Source of the DNA: Erysipelotrichaceae bacterium
GTDB taxonomy: Bacteria > Bacillota_I > Bacilli_A > Erysipelotrichales > Erysipelotrichaceae
Length of the DNA: 64,000 bases
Direction: 5' to 3'
Assembly: GCA_017539025.1 (NCBI GenBank)
Contig: JAFYHT010000061.1
Location: forward strand, 5,211-69,210
Position numbers and translations under genes: made by a program. Of this stretch, positions 26,322 to 34,891 are shown piece by piece (position 1 is the first letter of the stretch; the number at the start of each line of letters is the position of its first letter). Below the pieces are notes generated by a model. It saw only the letters and a list, made by a program, of their open reading frames with translations, did not search any database and was not told where the DNA came from.

Positions 26322-27040
26322 TAACGGATCCTCCTTCCATATGGATCTGTCAGAGAATCATTGTGCACATCAGCACCTTTGATGTTGGCAGACAGCAGTA
26401 CAGGAGCGACCTTTCCCTGTTTCGCAAACCAGGCAAAGATCTCCGATGTCAACATCTGCGCGATGCAGTTGGCAACCGTTGAAGACAATTGCCCGACCTT
26501 GACACCCTCCAGGCACAGAGCGGTATCCGGTTCATCGGCAGACATATCCAGCCATTCATCGCAATATTCCAGCAAGCTGCCACCGACCTTATCGTAAGAT
26601 CTCTTGTTGACAACGGCGACCAGTTTCTGGCCTCTTTCCTTGACTCTTCTTGCGATCTCCAGAGTCAACGGCTCGTTTCCATAGAAGCTCACCAGGCAAT
26701 ACATATCCCTGTCATCAAGATCATAGATTGATTCGAACTTGTCGGCTACACTTACATCATCGTAGATGGCACCGGAATCGATATCTTCCTGTCGGATCAT
26801 TTCCTTCAGGATCAGATCCTTGAGCTTCAAACCATGGAACGGCGCAATGCCTCCGGCCCTGTAATTGAGTTCATTGACGAATTCTTCGCCATGATTGACA
26901 CCAAAAAGCTGAACGACGCCTTCATTTTCCATGCATCGTCCAAACAGTTCAGCTACCCTTTCGATCTTATCCTTCTGAAGGTCATATGCTTCATCGACTT
27001 TCATTTTGAGCAGATCGAAATATTGCTTCATGATATCCAT
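26321..27040 (-). CDS. Divergent UPF0309-type SIS-domain protein with degenerate motifs (paralogue SIS-3)
   Basis: 239 aa, colinear with SIS-1/2/4. The motifs are replaced: FGVNHGEE for FG(T/S)GHS, VSFYGNE for SNSG, GGSLLEYCDEWLD for RHPSGKKLYE. TAATG overlap with SIS-2. Confidence 0.7.
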   Translation of the reverse strand: MDIMKQYFDLLKMKVDEAYDLQKDKIERVAELFGRCMENEGVVQLFGVNHGEEFVNELNYRAGGIAPFHGLKLKDLILKEMIRQEDIDSGAIYDDVSVADKFESIYDLDDRDMYCLVSFYGNEPLTLEIARRVKERGQKLVAVVNKRSYDKVGGSLLEYCDEWLDMSADEPDTALCLEGVKVGQLSSTVANCIAQMLTSEIFAWFAKQGKVAPVLLSANIKGADVHNDSLTDPYGRRIR

Positions 27041-27151
27041 ATGATCTATCTCACTTTCCTTTACAAACTAATTATAACGCTTCTCTATAAGCAGAAATGC
27101 ACATTCCGAAGCTTTTTGCGGTATACTGGAATTAATAGTGGGGGTAACATC

Positions 27152-27562
27152 ATGAAAGGTATCGTAATCACCAGCCATGGCCCTATGGCACAGGGCATAC
27201 TGGACACATCTAAACTGTTTTTCGGTGAACAGCCACAGATCAAAGCCTGCTGTCTTTCAGCAGAAGATAATCCTGATGAGTTCGTCGATGTATTGAAAGA
27301 AGCCATCAAGAAAGTCGATTCCGGAGAAGGCGTCATCGTCTTCTGCGATATGCTGTTTGGCTCACCATGCAACTGCATGGCGCGTATCGCTGCCGAAGAC
27401 ATGGAAAATGAAAATCTTCAGGTCATCACTGGCGTCAATCTGGCAATGATCCTTCAGATCCTTGCTGTCAGAGAAGCAGGAGATGTCGATGTAGAAGAAC
27501 TTCTCAAATCCGGGCACGACGGAATCGCCGATCTCAAAGCGATCCTCAAAGCAAATCTCTAA
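27152..27562 (+). CDS. PTS mannose/fructose/sorbose-family EIIA component (stand-alone)
   Basis: 136 aa starting MKGIVITSHGPMAQGILDTSKLFFGE (conserved His). GTGGGGG SD. The track ORF 26834.. is an antisense-overlapping 5' extension. Confidence 0.8.
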   Translation: MKGIVITSHGPMAQGILDTSKLFFGEQPQIKACCLSAEDNPDEFVDVLKEAIKKVDSGEGVIVFCDMLFGSPCNCMARIAAEDMENENLQVITGVNLAMILQILAVREAGDVDVEELLKSGHDGIADLKAILKANL

Positions 27563-27571
27563 TACAGTTCT

Positions 27572-27600
27572 AGCAGGTTAAAAACCTGCTTTATTTTTTT
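27572..27600 (+). terminator. Rho-independent terminator after the EIIA gene
   Basis: AGCAGGT-taaaa-ACCTGCT followed by TTATTTTTTT. Confidence 0.8.
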
Positions 27601-27614
27601 CTGATCATCTCTAT

Positions 27615-27654
27615 CAAAGAGAAAAAGAGTTTATATCAAACTCTTTTCTCTTTG
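27615..27654. repeat. Long imperfect inverted repeat (17-18 bp arms, one bulge) with no U-tract
   Basis: CAAAGAGAAAAAGAGTTT-atatc-AAACTCTTTTCTCTTTG. Confidence 0.6.
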
Positions 27655-27833
27655 TGCTTGGGAGCGACTAATAAATAGAAAGGATTGGATTTACCTATAA
27701 ACACCTGATGTGATGCCTGATTTCATCTTATATTTTTTTCAAATGTTTGTATATGTCCAGTTTTGAAATTTCATTTGAAAGTATAGAAGTAAATCCTTGC
27801 AATGATTCCTATATGGATACTTAACAAAATACA

Positions 27834-27860
27834 TAAAAAAAGGATACTCTAATATCCTTT
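27834..27860 (-). terminator. Rho-independent terminator overlapping the stop of the small membrane protein gene
   Basis: Minus strand reads AAGGATA-ttagag-TATCCTT followed by TTTTTTAT. Confidence 0.7.
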
Positions 27861-28187
27861 GTCTTCCCTGAATCTCCATAGGAATAAAGTCATCAGTATC
27901 ACCAGAGATATGATTATTCCATATAAGTAATAAAACAGTTTATATCCCGGATCTGAGAATGGCTTTCCGAACTCCTCTTTCTGTTCTTCCAGAGCTTGAG
28001 CCAAAGGAGTTTCTTCCTCATTGATTTCGACGAGGACTTCGGTATTCAGATCTTCAGGTCCAATCATATCGATCTTTTCGATCGGACTCTCTGTTGGATT
28101 CTGATTTATCTGTGAAGCAATTGCAGTCAGTCCAAACAAAAACAGGCATATCACGATATTGATTCCTGCAATCAGCTTTCTGCTCAT
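27849..28187 (-). CDS. Hypothetical small exported protein (signal peptide, acidic middle, C-terminal TM anchor)
   Basis: ~112 aa from the ATG at 28187 (MSRKLIAGINIVICLFLFGLTAIAS..). C-terminal helix LFYYLYGIIISLVILMTLFLW plus a basic tail. Confidence 0.55.
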   Translation of the reverse strand: MSRKLIAGINIVICLFLFGLTAIASQINQNPTESPIEKIDMIGPEDLNTEVLVEINEEETPLAQALEEQKEEFGKPFSDPGYKLFYYLYGIIISLVILMTLFLWRFREDKGY

Positions 28188-28316
28188 ATCAATCCCCAAA
28201 CTTTATCTGTTTCTGTTAAGAAACATGTTGAAACGTTTTTCAGTTCTCTCTTCGAACACTTCTTCAAATATAATATATCCTCAAGCTTTAACTCAATAGT
28301 ATCAGTCAGAAAACGA

Positions 28317-29663
28317 TCATCTCAGTCCGTTCTTCTTACTCCACCTGGAAGTATAGAAATAGATCGTCGCCATGCTTCCGGCCATGATGTAACCAAATGC
28401 CGTTGCCAGATATAATACATGAACATCATAAAAAAGTTTCAAACCAATAAATACGAATAAGTACTTGCAAATGACCTGACCAAGTATTGCGATAAACATC
28501 GGGACCTTTACATTTCCCGCGCCTCTGCAGGCACCGTTATAGATATGCGAGAGATTGATGAAAAACATCCCGCAGATCGCCCATCTGATCATGGATGTTC
28601 CATAAAACATCACATCAGGATCATCATTGAAACGCGAAACCAGGAATGGAGCCAAAGTATCGATGATCATGATCATGATGATCGTACCGATCGAAGAAAT
28701 GATCGCTGATTCCTTGATCGCTTCTTTTGCCCTGTCGTTTCTGCCAGCACCCATATTCTGGGCAACCAGAGACATCGTTGCGCCTGATACCGCTACGGAA
28801 ACAAGCTGACACCAGCTGACGGTCTTTTCACCAACTCCGATGCCGGCAATGACCTCATTCGGAAACTGATTGACATATGACTGTACCAGCATTGATGAAA
28901 ATGCGATCAACATGTTCTGAATGCCTGCCGGGATACCCAGTTCACATATCTCACCAACCACTCTGAAAGAGAAGTCGATATTCCTGATATCAAAATCCAC
29001 ACCATCATAGTTCAACATTAATCTCAAAGCCAGGACGTCTGTCGCAAATTGCGAGATGATGGTCGCCAGAGCTGTACCGATGACATTGAGATTCAATGCT
29101 CTGACAAACAGTAAACCCAGTACGATATTGATGATCGAAGAAATGATCGAGTAGTATAACTGATGTCTGGTATCACCAAAGCTCCTCAAGATGAAGAAAC
29201 ACATTTGCGAAGTCAGTACCGCTACCGAACCCAGGATATAAACTCTCATATATGAAAAGGCATCCGCATAGATATCCGGACCGACATTGATGATCTTTAA
29301 CAGCAATGGTAAGGCGAGTTCTGAAACCACCGTCAGGATTGTTCCGCCCACGACCGCAAAAACCAGAGATGTATCCAGAGACTTCTTCAGGTTGTCATGA
29401 TCCTTTGCGCCAAAATACCCTGCAACTAAGATCCCGGCACCCATTCCTAAGCCATAGAATGTATAGTTGAACACATTACAGATCCAGGTACAGGCACTGA
29501 CAGCACTGAGCGCTTTCAAAGACACGTAGTTGCCTACGATCATCGAATTGGTGATATTGTAGAGTTCCGAAAAGATCATCGATACGAAGATCGGCCATGA
29601 GAATGAAAAGATCAGTTTTCGGATATTGCCTTCCGTTAAAGAAACAGCCTGATTTTTTGCCAT
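28317..29663 (-). CDS. MATE-family efflux transporter
   Basis: 448 aa, 12 predicted TM helices, N-terminal ..LTEGNIRKLIFSFSWPIF..ELYNITNSMIVG... Its start shares nt 29663 with the SIS-4 stop (TAATG). Confidence 0.9.
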   Translation of the reverse strand: MAKNQAVSLTEGNIRKLIFSFSWPIFVSMIFSELYNITNSMIVGNYVSLKALSAVSACTWICNVFNYTFYGLGMGAGILVAGYFGAKDHDNLKKSLDTSLVFAVVGGTILTVVSELALPLLLKIINVGPDIYADAFSYMRVYILGSVAVLTSQMCFFILRSFGDTRHQLYYSIISSIINIVLGLLFVRALNLNVIGTALATIISQFATDVLALRLMLNYDGVDFDIRNIDFSFRVVGEICELGIPAGIQNMLIAFSSMLVQSYVNQFPNEVIAGIGVGEKTVSWCQLVSVAVSGATMSLVAQNMGAGRNDRAKEAIKESAIISSIGTIIMIMIIDTLAPFLVSRFNDDPDVMFYGTSMIRWAICGMFFINLSHIYNGACRGAGNVKVPMFIAILGQVICKYLFVFIGLKLFYDVHVLYLATAFGYIMAGSMATIYFYTSRWSKKNGLR

Positions 29664-30412
29664 TAAAGATTCCTTATCCTGTAGAAGTATTTATCGACCA
29701 GTTTGTCATTGTGATCGGCACAGTTTTCATCCATGAAAGCCAGATGGCCATTATAGTAGACATCCGGCTCAAAACCTCTTTGAACCAGGATCTCCACCAT
29801 CTGGGTCAGTATCGCATTCTGCAGATAGATATTCGGGATCGTTGAAGAAGAACCCACCTTCATCGGGAATCCTTCGATCTCGACCGTCGCATCGCCAATC
29901 AGGGAACAGTTATCCAATACGACATCCGCCACATCCTTGAGCTTGACGCCGTCCTTATGTTTTGTCTTCAGAAAATCGGAATACTCCACCGCAGTGATCG
30001 CGATCACCGCGATCCCTTTTTCTTTCGCTCTTAAAGCCGCATCGACCGGAGCGATATTGTTTCCGGAATTGGAAATGATGATCATACAGTCATTGGGTGT
30101 GATCCGATGATAATCAACGACAGCCTTTCCGATCCCATAAGTATTCTCGATCAGATAAGACTTGGTGATCTCCTGATTGCCGCTGGCAGACGGTTCCAGT
30201 AAAGCACAGTAATTGGCAGGCGTCGCCGCTCTCCAGAACGCATCATCGCAGACCAGATGGGAATGCCCGGTACCAAAACCATAGATGATCCCGCCCTTTT
30301 CGGTGGTATCAGCCAGGATCTTCGCTGCCTTCATGATATTGTCAGATTGCGTTGATCTGATCTTTTCGATCACCTTGTTTATCTCTTCAAAATAGCTTTC
30401 CCAGGCTTTCAT
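29663..30412 (-). CDS. UPF0309-type SIS-domain protein (paralogue SIS-4)
   Basis: FGTGHSH, ISNSGNN, KHKDGVKLKDVADVVLDNCSLIGDA. ATG at 30412 lies 6 nt after GAGGTGAG. Confidence 0.8.
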   Translation of the reverse strand: MKAWESYFEEINKVIEKIRSTQSDNIMKAAKILADTTEKGGIIYGFGTGHSHLVCDDAFWRAATPANYCALLEPSASGNQEITKSYLIENTYGIGKAVVDYHRITPNDCMIIISNSGNNIAPVDAALRAKEKGIAVIAITAVEYSDFLKTKHKDGVKLKDVADVVLDNCSLIGDATVEIEGFPMKVGSSSTIPNIYLQNAILTQMVEILVQRGFEPDVYYNGHLAFMDENCADHNDKLVDKYFYRIRNL

Positions 30413-30480
30413 CAGACTCACCTCACTTGCATTCATTATAACCTGAATTCCTGCTTTGAATCGGTATAAGAGCAGTACAG

Positions 30481-30500
30481 AAAAAGAAGCTTTCGCTTCT
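30481..30500 (-). terminator. Short stem-loop overlapping the Nudix stop codon
   Basis: Minus strand reads AGAAGC-gaaa-GCTTCT followed by TTTTC. Only a 6-bp stem. Confidence 0.4.
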
Positions 30501-31029
30501 ATTGCCTGTCTTCATGTGTATGAGCACCTACATGATCTCTCATATAGAACAGCAGATCGATCAGAGACTTGTGATAAGGAATGAAAATTCCTTCATCCAG
30601 CTTTTCAAGCATCTCTTGCTTTGATGCCCATTTCACTCCCTGAACTTCTTCATACTGCAGCTTCAGTTCACTGATATCAAGATCTTTCTGAATGACATAC
30701 ATATCGTCAAAACCATCCGGGAAAGATACTGTGATCGCCGGTCTTTGATCAGAAAAATCCAGATCAAGGCCCAGTTCTTCCTTCGTTTCTCTTTGAATGG
30801 CTTGCCAGGACTCATCTCCGGCAACCGCAGAGCCGCCGACCGTGATGTCCCACATGTTCGACCAGCCCTTTTTAAAAGGCTGTCTCTGCTGTATCAACAT
30901 TTCACCATTACTGTTGAAAAGACATAGATGGACGACGATCCGATATGTCCCTTGAGGTTGTCTGTCGCCGCGGACCATCGTCTTCCCTGTCTTCACTCTG
31001 TCTTTTGTATAGAGGTCCCAGAGTTCCAT
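30499..31029 (-). CDS. NUDIX hydrolase
   Basis: 176 aa with Nudix box GGSAVAGDESWQAIQRETKEELGL. Confidence 0.85.
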   Translation of the reverse strand: MELWDLYTKDRVKTGKTMVRGDRQPQGTYRIVVHLCLFNSNGEMLIQQRQPFKKGWSNMWDITVGGSAVAGDESWQAIQRETKEELGLDLDFSDQRPAITVSFPDGFDDMYVIQKDLDISELKLQYEEVQGVKWASKQEMLEKLDEGIFIPYHKSLIDLLFYMRDHVGAHTHEDRQ

Positions 31030-32037
31030 TTAATAGTTCCTCCAGTCAAAGACGATGCAGTTGTTGTCTTCCTTGTGATACATCAGATCGTAGTATGCTT
31101 CTTCGCAATCTTTGGGATCAATGACTTTTGTGATCAGTTTGGAGATATCGATATCCTTATTCATCAATAAGTCACAGGAGATCTTCAGATTCCTCTCCAG
31201 ACAATCATAAGATCCATCCGTCTCATAGACAGGGATCGTCTGATTGAAGGCTCCGATGATCTTGAGATCCTTCATATGGATCTTTGAGAATACCGGCATG
31301 ATATCTGTCTCGTAAGACTGTCTTGGTGAGCCCAATAATACGACCTGGCCATATCTTCTCGTGTATTCGATACAGTCCATGATGACTTCAGAAAGTCCGG
31401 TGACATCGACTGCGATATCCAAACCTTTGCCTTGGGATACTTCGTCAATCATTTCCTTATAGTTTTCAGAAGCGGTATATTCTACGCCCATGGATGATGC
31501 CAGCTGACATCTTCCCTTGACCACATCAAAGCCGATGACCTTACATCCAAGTTTCTTATACATCAAAGCCGTCAGGATACCGATATTCCCTAAGCCGAAG
31601 ACACCGACTGTATAACCAAGTTTGACTTCGCTGAGATTGACTCCCTGCATCGCCACCAACATGAGGTTTAACGCTGTCGCCTCTAAGGGATCGATGCCTT
31701 GCGGCAGTTTGATGATCTGTCTGTCCTGAACTTTCAAGGAAGTGTTCCACCTGACAAGTGAAGCGTGCGGCGCATTGAAAAAGACCAGGTCACCTTCTTC
31801 CGCTTTGATGTCTTTACCTTTCTTTAAGATCTTTCCAACCGAACAGTAACCCGGTCTGACCGGATACTTGAATCCTTTCTTCAAGGCAAAAGCACGCGAA
31901 AGTTCCGTTCCCGCAGAGATCATCGAATATTCTGTCTTGATGATCGCTTCATTGTCTTTGAGATCTTCGATATCGATCTCTTCTTCAGCGATATGAGATC
32001 TTCCGATATCCGTCAATTCTACATAATAGCTTTTCAT
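31030..32037 (-). CDS. Medium-chain (zinc-type) alcohol/polyol dehydrogenase family protein
   Basis: 335 aa. GroES-like N-terminus (..SMISAGTE..PGYCSVGKI), Rossmann VGVFGLGNIG. Immediately adjacent to the Nudix start. Confidence 0.75.
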   Translation of the reverse strand: MKSYYVELTDIGRSHIAEEEIDIEDLKDNEAIIKTEYSMISAGTELSRAFALKKGFKYPVRPGYCSVGKILKKGKDIKAEEGDLVFFNAPHASLVRWNTSLKVQDRQIIKLPQGIDPLEATALNLMLVAMQGVNLSEVKLGYTVGVFGLGNIGILTALMYKKLGCKVIGFDVVKGRCQLASSMGVEYTASENYKEMIDEVSQGKGLDIAVDVTGLSEVIMDCIEYTRRYGQVVLLGSPRQSYETDIMPVFSKIHMKDLKIIGAFNQTIPVYETDGSYDCLERNLKISCDLLMNKDIDISKLITKVIDPKDCEEAYYDLMYHKEDNNCIVFDWRNY

Positions 32038-32038
32038 A

Positions 32039-33601
32039 TTAGCCCTCTATGAAACCGAAATGTTTCAATGCGTTATATACACCTTCCTCTTTGATGTCAT
32101 CCGTCACGTAATCTGCCGCAGCTCGACATTCCCTTGTGCCATTACCGACTGCAATGGAATACCCGGCTTTTTCCATCATCTCGATATCATTGCCACTGTC
32201 TCCAAAGGCAATCACTTCTTCTCTTCTGAATCCATATCTTTCCGCAACTTCCAAAGTAGACAGACCCTTGTTCTTGCCTGCAGGAGCGATCTCTCCGGCA
32301 GTGATCAGCCTGCTGCATTCGCAGTTTCCTGCCAAAGATATGATCTGTTCTCTTAAGTCTCCTGTGGCATAATAAAAAAACTGTAAGACTCTTTCTCCCT
32401 CATATGGCTTGATCTCAGGGATCATATCATAAAGATCCTTGAAGAAATATTTATAGTCATTATTCTTGTTCAGATAGCTTCTGCCATCATCTGTCGTATA
32501 GCGGTATGTGACATCATTCTCTTCAAAGAAAGGAATGAGTTTTTTTACTGTTTCATCATCAAGATAAGTGATATAGACTTTCTTATCCTGAATGATATAG
32601 GCACCGTTGACTAAGATGATCGCATCCATCATGTCGATCAGTCTCTGTGGGATGTTTTTCATTTCCTCCAAAGAACGGGATGTGTTTAATACCAGTTTAT
32701 ATCCTTTTTCTTTCAGTTGATCCAAAGCGAGGAATGTTTTCTCATGGATTCCACCGCAATCGTGATCGAATAAAGTCCCATCATTATCAAAGACAAACAT
32801 CTTCATCTTCAGATCATCTTCTTCGATGATCCCCAGATCGACAAAGGCATCATACAAGCCTCCATCTTCGATCGACTTCTTGCAGATATAATCAGCCTTG
32901 GCTTTCGTATTCTCCAAAGCATCACTCACAGCGATCCCGATCCCAGCCATCTCCAACATGACATCATCGTTGATCCCATCACCTGCCGCAACGACCTCAT
33001 CGGTCGTAAAAGAATAGACCTGACAGAACTTCAATAAGCCAAAACTCTTATCCACCAATGGCGTACAGATGTTTCCGGAATTTCCCCATCTGGAGATCAG
33101 AGCTTCCGGATTGATCTTGGCGATCTCTTTGCATTCTTCATCCTTGGCCTGGTAGTAGAACAGATTGGTGACCAGTTCATCTTCAAATTCCTTGAACTTG
33201 ACATTTCCCAGGGCATAACGCAACATCTGTCCTTCGTTTACCACAGACAGGTCACCCCAGTAATAGACATCTCCATTGATATCCGTATAGTGATAGGAGA
33301 TCTTGTGTTCATGGAAATAATCGGTATACTTCTTCGCATCCTCAGGATCGATCGTATAACTCTTGATATACTCTCCTTCGACGATCGTCGTTGCCCCGGT
33401 CCCTACGATCTTACAATCGATGCGATCCCAGAGCTCTTTTGGGATATTCGCCATCTCGGCAGCCACACGACTGGTACAGACACCGATCTTGATCCCCTTT
33501 TCTCTGAGCTTATCCAAAGCCCTCAAAGTTCCCTTTGGAACCATGTGGTTGTCATGGGAATATAATGTATCATCAATATCAAACAAAGCACCCTTTATCA
33601 T
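32039..33601 (-). CDS. Tandem fusion of two Cof-type HAD-IIB phosphatase domains
   Basis: 520 aa. Domain 1 has FDIDDTLY ... GDGINDDVML. Domain 2 has FVFDNDGTLF ... GDSGNDIEMM. Each carries a full motif I-IV set. Confidence 0.8.
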   Translation of the reverse strand: MIKGALFDIDDTLYSHDNHMVPKGTLRALDKLREKGIKIGVCTSRVAAEMANIPKELWDRIDCKIVGTGATTIVEGEYIKSYTIDPEDAKKYTDYFHEHKISYHYTDINGDVYYWGDLSVVNEGQMLRYALGNVKFKEFEDELVTNLFYYQAKDEECKEIAKINPEALISRWGNSGNICTPLVDKSFGLLKFCQVYSFTTDEVVAAGDGINDDVMLEMAGIGIAVSDALENTKAKADYICKKSIEDGGLYDAFVDLGIIEEDDLKMKMFVFDNDGTLFDHDCGGIHEKTFLALDQLKEKGYKLVLNTSRSLEEMKNIPQRLIDMMDAIILVNGAYIIQDKKVYITYLDDETVKKLIPFFEENDVTYRYTTDDGRSYLNKNNDYKYFFKDLYDMIPEIKPYEGERVLQFFYYATGDLREQIISLAGNCECSRLITAGEIAPAGKNKGLSTLEVAERYGFRREEVIAFGDSGNDIEMMEKAGYSIAVGNGTRECRAAADYVTDDIKEEGVYNALKHFGFIEG

Positions 33602-33633
33602 AACTCCATCTTAACATACGCTATAATTAAATC

Positions 33634-34338
33634 ATGATCAATCAAATCACAATTGAAATCTGTATCGGCAATCTCGATGATGCGATCATCGCATCAAAAT
33701 ACCCGATCGATCGCATCGAACTCAATTCCGCGCTGGAACTTGGCGGACTTACACCATCTTTGGAAACCCTGAAATATCTCAAGGAACACATCGATACCAA
33801 GATCTGTTGCATGGTCAGACCAAGAGGCGGTAATTTTCACTACACTCAGAATGAATTTGAAGTCATGTTGAAGGATGCGGAAAACCTCTTGAAGGCAAAG
33901 GCCGATGGCATCGTCTTTGGTTTCCTGAACGAAGACAGAACGATCGATATCGATAAGACGAAAGCAATGTCCGATCTGATCCACTCCTATGGCAAGGAAG
34001 CAGTCTTCCACAAAGCTTTTGATGAGATCGACGATCTCGATGAAGCCTGTAAACAATTGATAGAAGCCAGGATCGACAGGATCCTGACATCAGGCAAGGC
34101 TGTCTATCCCGATATCTTGAAAGGCTGTGAAACCATCGCAAGACTTCACAAGGAATATGGCGAACAGCTGCAATTCTTACCGGGCGGGGGTGTCCGCATT
34201 GAAAACATCCAGGACGTCATCAGAACTGCAGGATCAGGACAGATCCATATGACCTCCAAAAAGGAGTATCCGGGAGGATATCTCGGACTGGATGAGGAAC
34301 AGTTACAGATCTTACTCAATAAAATAGAAACACTTTAG
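33634..34338 (+). CDS. cutC: CutC-family copper homeostasis protein
   Basis: 234 aa with EICIGNLDDAI.A....DRIELNSALELGGLTPS and MVRPRGG.F.Y. Confidence 0.85.
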   Translation: MINQITIEICIGNLDDAIIASKYPIDRIELNSALELGGLTPSLETLKYLKEHIDTKICCMVRPRGGNFHYTQNEFEVMLKDAENLLKAKADGIVFGFLNEDRTIDIDKTKAMSDLIHSYGKEAVFHKAFDEIDDLDEACKQLIEARIDRILTSGKAVYPDILKGCETIARLHKEYGEQLQFLPGGGVRIENIQDVIRTAGSGQIHMTSKKEYPGGYLGLDEEQLQILLNKIETL

Positions 34339-34340
34339 AA

Positions 34341-34853
34341 ATGGCAAAAAAGAAAAAGAAATTCCGGATCAAAGCCAGAACGAAGAGAACCATCGCGATC
34401 ATCATCTCTGCCTTCATCCTGGCAGGTGTGTTTTACGGGGTCATCTTCAAACCGGAATACAAGATCAAGCCGGCACCATATACCACCAAATACAATGCCG
34501 TATATCAGTATATCCATGATGGCGATACGGCAGTTTTCCTCTTGGAAGACGGTGAAAAAGTGACAGTCCGCTTCCTGGCAGTCGATACTCCGGAGATCGG
34601 AGAAGAAGGATATGATGAAGCCAAACACTACACCGATGTCACCCTGGAGAAGGCATCCAGGATCATCCTGGAGCTTGATCCCAACAGTGAGAGATATGAC
34701 GCCTATGAAAGGCTTTTGGCCTGGGTCTGGGTGGATGGCGATCTCTTACAGGCTCAGCTGATCGAAAAAGGATACGCGAAACTCAGATATATCTTCCATG
34801 AATATATGTATCTTGAATATCTGGAAAATATCAAACCAGATGTGACGCAATAA
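34341..34853 (+). CDS. Thermonuclease (SNase-like) with N-terminal membrane anchor
   Basis: 170 aa with a TM helix, then ..IHDGDTAVF...VRFLAVDTPE...ERLLAWVWVDG. Confidence 0.85.
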   Translation: MAKKKKKFRIKARTKRTIAIIISAFILAGVFYGVIFKPEYKIKPAPYTTKYNAVYQYIHDGDTAVFLLEDGEKVTVRFLAVDTPEIGEEGYDEAKHYTDVTLEKASRIILELDPNSERYDAYERLLAWVWVDGDLLQAQLIEKGYAKLRYIFHEYMYLEYLENIKPDVTQ

Positions 34854-34891
34854 CGATATTACGTTAGATGATAGATGAAAGGAGAAGAAAA

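Noticed and set aside
27615-27654. The 40-nt hairpin as a Rho-independent terminator.
   Set aside because: No T/U tract follows it on either strand, and a good terminator for the EIIA gene already lies 15 nt upstream.
27713-27766. A 17-codon hydrophobic ORF (MPDFILYFFQMFVYVQF) as a type-I toxin-like peptide.
   Set aside because: There is no SD, no flanking antisense-RNA-like structure that I can define, and it sits in a very AT-rich stretch where such ORFs arise by chance.
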